From: Betaproteobacteria bacterium
Lineage (GTDB): Bacteria > Pseudomonadota > Gammaproteobacteria > Burkholderiales > Casimicrobiaceae
Length of the DNA: 64,000 bases
Direction: 5' to 3'
Assembly: GCA_040006455.1 (NCBI GenBank)
Contig: JBDTWY010000016.1
Coordinates: 3,834-67,833, forward strand
The notes below the pieces were generated by a model. That model saw only the letters and a list, made by a program, of their open reading frames with translations. It searched no databases and had not been told where the DNA came from. Of the stretch, positions 58,892 through 64,000 are shown piece after piece; position 1 is the stretch's first letter, and each line of letters starts with the position of its first letter. The position numbers and the translations under genes are program-made.

Positions 58892-59883
58892 AGCACGCGC
58901 GCGCGGAACAGATCGTGCATGTGCACGGCACCGATCAGCACGCCGCCCCCATCGGGCACCAGCAGCTGCGTGACCCGTGGCGACGCTTCCATCCTTTCCA
59001 CGCAATCGATCGCCATCCGATCGGCGTCGATCGTGCGTGGCGCGCGTGACATCAGCCCGGCGACCGGCAACGTCATCGCGTGCTCTATCTGCGTGATCGA
59101 GCGGCGCAGGTCGCCGTCGGTGAAGACGCCGACGGCGCGACCGGCGGCATCGACGATCGCCGTCATTCCCATGCCCTTGCCGGTCATTTCGACGAGCGCC
59201 TCCGCGAGCGTGGCGTCGAGCCTGACGATCGGCAACGCGCTGCCGGTGCGCATCACATCGGACACTCTGATCAGGAGTCGCCGTCCCAGCACGCCGCCCG
59301 GGTGCGAGCGCGCGAAATCCTCGGCGGAAAAGCCGCGCGCGTCGAGCAGCGCCAGTGCCAGCGCGTCGCCGAGCGCCTGCGCCGCCGACGTGCTCGCCGT
59401 TGGCGCGAGCCCCAGCGGACATGCCTCGGCATCGACGGCGGCGTCGAGATGGACGTCGGCGTTCTGGGCGAGTGACGACTGCTCGTTGCCGGTAATCGAC
59501 ACGATTTTCGCGCCTTGGCGCTTGATATGCGGCATCAGCAGCGTGAGCTCGTCGGTCTCGCCGGAGTTCGACAGCATCACGACGACGTCGTCGGCGGTGA
59601 TCATGCCGAGGTCGCCGTGGCTCGCTTCCGCCGGATGCACGAAGAACGCGGGCGTGCCGGTCGAGGCGAGCGTCGCCGCGAGCTTGCGCGCGACGTGGCC
59701 GGACTTGCCGATGCCCGACACGACGACGCGGCCGTTGCATTGCAGCAGCAACGTCACGGCCGCGACGAACGCATCGGAGAGCCGAGCCGCGAGCGCGTCG
59801 ATCGCGCGCGCCTCGGTCTGCAACACGTCGCGCGCGAGCCGCAACGCGCGGTCCGCGTCGACGATCCGGGGTGTTTTCGTCAC
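58888..59883 (-). CDS. kdsD: arabinose-5-phosphate isomerase KdsD (SIS + tandem CBS)
   Basis: GRVVVSGIGKSGHVARKLAATLASTGTPAFFVHPAEASHGDLGMI. GTG start at 59883. Confidence 0.9.
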   Translation of the reverse strand: MTKTPRIVDADRALRLARDVLQTEARAIDALAARLSDAFVAAVTLLLQCNGRVVVSGIGKSGHVARKLAATLASTGTPAFFVHPAEASHGDLGMITADDVVVMLSNSGETDELTLLMPHIKRQGAKIVSITGNEQSSLAQNADVHLDAAVDAEACPLGLAPTASTSAAQALGDALALALLDARGFSAEDFARSHPGGVLGRRLLIRVSDVMRTGSALPIVRLDATLAEALVEMTGKGMGMTAIVDAAGRAVGVFTDGDLRRSITQIEHAMTLPVAGLMSRAPRTIDADRMAIDCVERMEASPRVTQLLVPDGGGVLIGAVHMHDLFRARVL

Positions 59884-60039
59884 GTCGAAGAGTATACCTG
59901 CCACATTTGCGTGGTAAGTTTGGCGCGGGGAGCGCCCGTGCTGCTGCTGAAGGCGAGCGGGCGCAACGACAAAACCGCTCGCGGCGCGCGCCTGGTGCGC
60001 GACATCGCGGCCGAACACTCACGCTGCAATCCCGACACG

Positions 60040-62007
60040 ATGCCGCATACCCTGCAATCGATCCTCGTGCTGCTCGCGTCGGCGGTCGTCGTCGTCGTAC
60101 TGTGCCGCGTGTCCCGGTTGCCGGCGATCCTCGGCTACCTGGTGGTCGGCGTTGCCGTCGGGCCGTTCGGCCTGCGCTGGATTCCCGACAATGAGACCAC
60201 GCGCTTTTTCGCCGAGTTCGGCATCGTGTTCCTGCTGTTCTCGATCGGCCTCGAATTCAGCCTGCCGCAACTGAAGGCAATGCGTCGCGCGGTGTTCGGC
60301 CTCGGGTTGTCGCAGGTCGCGCTGACCACGCTGCTGGCGGGCGGCGTGCTGTGGTGGTACCAGGGCAGCTGGCAAACCGGCCTGGTGCTGGGCGCGGCGA
60401 TCGCGATGAGCTCGACGGCGATCGCGTCGAAGATGCTGGCGGAGCGCAACGAGCTCGCCACGCCGTACGGCCGCGACGTGATGGCGATCCTGCTGTTCCA
60501 GGACCTCGCCGTGGTCGCGTTCCTGATCATCATCCCGTCGCTGGCGCATCCCGGCAAGGAGATGGCGGAGCAGCTCGGGCTGGCGGCGATCAAGGCGGTC
60601 GCCGTGCTGTCGATCATCCTGTACTTCGGCCAGAAGCCGATGCGCGCGTGGTTCCGGCTGATTGCGCGCCAGCGCTCGACCGAGTTGTCGATGCTGAACC
60701 TGCTGTTCGTCACGCTGGGACTTGCGTCGCTGACCGCTTATGCCGGGCTGTCGCTCGAATTGGGTGCGTTCATCGCCGGCATGATGATCGCCGAGACCGA
60801 GTTCCGCTACGAGGTCGACGAGCACGTGGCGCCGTTTCGCGACGTGCTGCTGGGCCTCTTCTTCGTCACCGTGGGGATGTCGCTCGACCTGCGCGTCGTG
60901 TTCGCCAACGTGGGCCTCGTGCTGTTGCTGCTAGTGATTCCCGTGGTCGGCAAGCTGCTGCTGGTGACGGGGATTTCCCGGGTCATGGGCGCGCCGCGCG
61001 CCACTGCGATCCGCACCGGGCTTTATGTCGCGCAGGCGGGCGAGCTGGCGCTGGTGATGCTGACGCTCGCCAACGTCAACGAAGTGCTCGATGCGACGAC
61101 GACACAAATCGTGCTGGCGGCGATGGTGCTGTCGATGCTGTCGGGGCCACTGGTGATCCAGCTCGGCGATCCGCTCGTCAAGCGCTTCACCGCCAACGAC
61201 TGGCTGGCGCGTGCCACGCAGGTGACGCAGATCGCCGCCAAGGCGATGGCGCGCCAGGAGCACGTGATCATCTGTGGCTTCGGCCGCAGTGGCCAGAATC
61301 TCGCGCGCCTGCTCGAGGCCGAGCAGATCCCGTTCATCGCGCTCGACAACGACGCGCACCGCGTCAAGGAGGCAGCGATCGACGGCAGCAACGTCGTGTT
61401 CGGCGACGCCAGCCGCCGCGAGACCTTGCTGGCGGCGGGGCTGATGAAGGCGCGCGCCGTCTGCGTGACGTTTGCCGATACGCCGCTCGCGCTCAAGATC
61501 CTGCACCAGGTGCAATTCCAGCGACCCGACCTGCCGGTGATCGTGCGCACGTTCGACGACACCGATCTCGACCAGTTGCTGAAGGCGGGCGCCGCCGAGG
61601 TCGTGCCAGAGGTGCTGGAGGGCAGCCTGATGCTGGCGTCGCACTCGCTGCTGCTGCTGGGGGTGCCGCTCGTCCGCGTGCTGGAACGCATCCGCGCGGT
61701 GCGCGAAGAGCGCTACACGCTCTTCCGCGGATTCTTTCATGGCGCGTCCGACACCGGTGAAGTCGCCGAGAACGTGCAGCCGCGGCTGCATTCGGTGCTG
61801 CTGGCCGAGGGCGCCGCGGCGGTCGGTCGCACGCTGACGAGCGTCGAAGTCGGCGAGCGCATCGAGGTGACCGGCGTGCGCCGGCGCGGCGCGCGCTCTG
61901 AACGGCCGGGCGGCGACTGGCAATTCGAAGCGGGCGACGTCGTCGTGCTGCTGGGCCGGCCGGGCGACCTCGACCGTGCGGAGAGCCGGCTGCTGCGCGG
62001 CCGGTGA
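60040..62007 (+). CDS. CPA2-family monovalent cation:proton antiporter (KefB/YbaL-like) with RCK (TrkA-N/TrkA-C) domains
   Basis: LPAILGYLVVGVAVGPFGL, EFGIVFLLFSIGLEFS, then VIICGFGRSGQNLARLL (Rossmann) and a C-terminal TrkA-C-like segment. Confidence 0.88.
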   Translation: MPHTLQSILVLLASAVVVVVLCRVSRLPAILGYLVVGVAVGPFGLRWIPDNETTRFFAEFGIVFLLFSIGLEFSLPQLKAMRRAVFGLGLSQVALTTLLAGGVLWWYQGSWQTGLVLGAAIAMSSTAIASKMLAERNELATPYGRDVMAILLFQDLAVVAFLIIIPSLAHPGKEMAEQLGLAAIKAVAVLSIILYFGQKPMRAWFRLIARQRSTELSMLNLLFVTLGLASLTAYAGLSLELGAFIAGMMIAETEFRYEVDEHVAPFRDVLLGLFFVTVGMSLDLRVVFANVGLVLLLLVIPVVGKLLLVTGISRVMGAPRATAIRTGLYVAQAGELALVMLTLANVNEVLDATTTQIVLAAMVLSMLSGPLVIQLGDPLVKRFTANDWLARATQVTQIAAKAMARQEHVIICGFGRSGQNLARLLEAEQIPFIALDNDAHRVKEAAIDGSNVVFGDASRRETLLAAGLMKARAVCVTFADTPLALKILHQVQFQRPDLPVIVRTFDDTDLDQLLKAGAAEVVPEVLEGSLMLASHSLLLLGVPLVRVLERIRAVREERYTLFRGFFHGASDTGEVAENVQPRLHSVLLAEGAAAVGRTLTSVEVGERIEVTGVRRRGARSERPGGDWQFEAGDVVVLLGRPGDLDRAESRLLRGR

Positions 62008-62126
62008 CGAACCGCAGGGGCGACAAACGCTGCGCCCGCCGGTGCAAATGAACCACGGTCATTGCGACGCGTGCGCGCGCACGGATACAATCGCCCTCTT
62101 CCCCGCCATCCCCGATCGACCCCCTC

Positions 62127-62978
62127 TTGCCGCACGCCCGACGCCCAACCCCCGCCGTCGCTTTCGATGCGCAATCCACGAACGTGGTGGAGCTGACCGA
62201 CGTGACGTTCGGCTACGACCGCAGGCGTCCGGTGCTGACCGGCATCGACATGACGATTCCGCGCGGCAAGGTGGTGGCGATCATGGGCGCGTCGGGCAGC
62301 GGCAAGACGACGCTGCTGCGCCTCATCGGCGGGCAGATCCGGCCGATCCGCGGCAAGGTGATCGTCGCCGGGCAGTCGGTGCCGGATCTCGACCGCGACG
62401 GCCTCTATGCGCTGCGCCGCAAGGTCGGCATGCTGTTCCAGTTCGGCGCCCTGTTCACCGACCTTTCGGTGTTCGAGAACGTCGCGTTCCCGGTGCGCGA
62501 GCTCACCGACCTGCCCGAGGAACTGATCCGCGACCTGGTGCTGATGAAGCTCAACGCTGTCGGCCTGCGCGGCGCCGCGCAGCTGAAACCTTCCGAGTTG
62601 TCGGGCGGCATGGGTCGGCGCGTGGCGCTGGCGCGCGCGATCGCGCTCGACCCGATGCTCGTGCTCTACGACGAGCCGTTCGCCGGACTCGACCCGATCT
62701 CGCTGGGTGTCGTCGGCCAGCTGATCAGGCGCATGAACGATGCGCTCGGCATTTCGTCGGTGATCGTGACGCACGACATCTACGAATCGCTGAAGATCGT
62801 CGACTACATCTACTTCGTGTCGGAGGGCCGCATCGTCGCCAAGGGCACGCCGGCGGAAGTGCGCGCGTCGCAGGACGCGTTCGTGCGCCAGTTCGTCAAC
62901 GGCGAGCCTGACGGCCCGGTGCCGTTCCACATGCGCGCCCGGCCGCTCGCCACCGAGTTCGCCGCCAATGCCCGCTGA
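62127..62978 (+). CDS. mlaF: phospholipid (Mla) ABC transporter ATP-binding protein
   Basis: GASGSGKTTLL, LSGGMGRRVALARA, VLYDEPFAGLDP. Followed by mlaE-mlaD. TTG start is uncertain. Confidence 0.9.
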   Translation: MPHARRPTPAVAFDAQSTNVVELTDVTFGYDRRRPVLTGIDMTIPRGKVVAIMGASGSGKTTLLRLIGGQIRPIRGKVIVAGQSVPDLDRDGLYALRRKVGMLFQFGALFTDLSVFENVAFPVRELTDLPEELIRDLVLMKLNAVGLRGAAQLKPSELSGGMGRRVALARAIALDPMLVLYDEPFAGLDPISLGVVGQLIRRMNDALGISSVIVTHDIYESLKIVDYIYFVSEGRIVAKGTPAEVRASQDAFVRQFVNGEPDGPVPFHMRARPLATEFAANAR

Positions 62979-63774
62979 CGCGATCGCCCGTGGCGTGCGG
63001 CGGCTGGGCGGCGGCACGCTCAACGCCGTTGCGCGCATCGGCTTCGCCACGCGCTTCTTCGGCGCGGTGCTCTTGCATTCGCCGCAGGCGCTGTGGCGCT
63101 TCGGCCTTACGGTCCGCGAAATCTATTTTTCCGGCGTGCTGTCGCTCGTCATCATCATGGTGTCGGGCGTGTTCGTCGGCATGGTGCTCGCGCTGCAGGG
63201 GTTCGACGCGCTGTCGAAGTACGGCGCCGGCGATTCGCTCGGCCTCTTCGTGGCGCTGTCGCTGGCGCGCGAGCTGGGACCGGTGGTGGCCGGATTGCTG
63301 TTCGCGAGCCGCGCCGGCAGCGCGATCACCGCCGAAATCGGCCTGATGAAGACCACCGACCAGCTGGCTGCAATGGAAATGATGGCGGTCGACCCGCTCG
63401 CGCGGATCGTCGCGCCGCGCTTCTGGGGTGGCGTGCTGTCGATGCCACTGCTGGCGGCGCTGTTCTCGGTAATGGGCGTGTTCGGCGCCTACCTGGTCGG
63501 CGTGCGCTTGATCGGCGCCGACAGCGGCACGTTCTGGGGCAACATGCGGGCCGGCATCGACTTCTGGCCGGACGTCACCAACGGCATCATCAAGAGCTTC
63601 GTGTTCGGGGTCGCCGTCAGCCTGATCGCGGTGTTCGAGGGCTACAACGCCCAGCCGACGGCCGAAGGCGTCGCCAATGCCACCACGCGCACCGTGGTAG
63701 TGGGATCGCTCGCGATCCTGGCGCTCGACTTCGTGCTGACGGTCTTCATGTTTCGCGGCATGGGAGTGGTATGA
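62968..63774 (+). CDS. mlaE: phospholipid (Mla) ABC transporter permease
   Basis: 268 aa. LARELGPVVAGLLFASRAGSAITAEIGLMK is typical MlaE. Confidence 0.9.
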   Translation: MPADAIARGVRRLGGGTLNAVARIGFATRFFGAVLLHSPQALWRFGLTVREIYFSGVLSLVIIMVSGVFVGMVLALQGFDALSKYGAGDSLGLFVALSLARELGPVVAGLLFASRAGSAITAEIGLMKTTDQLAAMEMMAVDPLARIVAPRFWGGVLSMPLLAALFSVMGVFGAYLVGVRLIGADSGTFWGNMRAGIDFWPDVTNGIIKSFVFGVAVSLIAVFEGYNAQPTAEGVANATTRTVVVGSLAILALDFVLTVFMFRGMGVV

Positions 63775-64000
63775 ATCGATCGACGCTGGATTTCTGGGTG
63801 GGCATATTCGTCGTGATCGGCATCGGCGCGATCGTGTTCCTGGCGCTGCGCGTCGGCAACCTCACCTCGCTGACGACGACGCCGAGCTATCGTCTCGAAG
63901 CGCGCTTCGACAACATCGGCGGGCTCAAGCTGCGCGCGCCGATCAAGGCCGCAGGCGTCGCCGTGGGGCGCGTCGATCGCATCTCGCTCGACCCCAAGAC
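63771..64000 (+). CDS. mlaD: outer membrane lipid asymmetry maintenance protein MlaD (partial, runs off window end)
   Basis: My own translation gives MNRSTLDFWVGIFVVIGIGAIVFLALRVGNL...LEARFDNIGGLKLRAPIKAAGVAVGRV (MCE domain start). Its ATG overlaps the mlaE stop (ATGA). Confidence 0.85.
   Translation, partial: MNRSTLDFWVGIFVVIGIGAIVFLALRVGNLTSLTTTPSYRLEARFDNIGGLKLRAPIKAAGVAVGRVDRISLDPK

Overview
This is about 64 kb of very GC-rich chromosomal DNA. Gene content and order point to a betaproteobacterium of the Burkholderiales type: kdsD-kdsC-lptC-lptA-lptB-rpoN-hpf-ptsN-hprK-rapZ, yebC-ruvC-ruvA-ruvB-ybgC-tolQ-tolR-tolA, leuS-lptE-holA, mlaFED, and Bug/TctC binders. That placement is inferred from synteny only; no search was run. 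I call 65 protein-coding genes, one probable gene remnant, RNase P RNA, and several repeats and hairpins. I saw no tRNA, rRNA, CRISPR array, transposase, integrase, or recognisable phage or defence gene, so the window is mostly core genome. Five loci stand out. (1) At 4.1-8.8 kb, two Bug-family periplasmic binders are translationally coupled to an orphan A-T-TE NRPS-like enzyme. Its adenylation domain lacks the alpha-amino-binding Asp, and its thioesterase has Cys instead of Ser in the nucleophile elbow. (2) At 32.8-35.5 kb there is a YdjI-like SPFH protein fused to an excisionase-type HTH, then a secreted DUF4019-like protein, then a membrane-anchored double zinc-ribbon protein. This resembles the Bacillus ydjGHI module but has no pspA. 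(3) hslV and hslU are uncoupled, about 9.5 kb apart on opposite strands. (4) At 41.9-43.6 kb a 563-aa protein of unknown N-terminal fold carries C-terminal PilZ motifs. (5) At 38.3-38.5 kb there is a cluster of ATTCCCGCG-N4-CGGGAAC REP-like palindromes. Start codons were chosen from family-typical N-termini, SD motifs and ATGA overlaps. The ORF track renders GTG/TTG starts as M (for example, the start at 19307 is GTG). Many long ORFs in the track are high-GC shadow ORFs.
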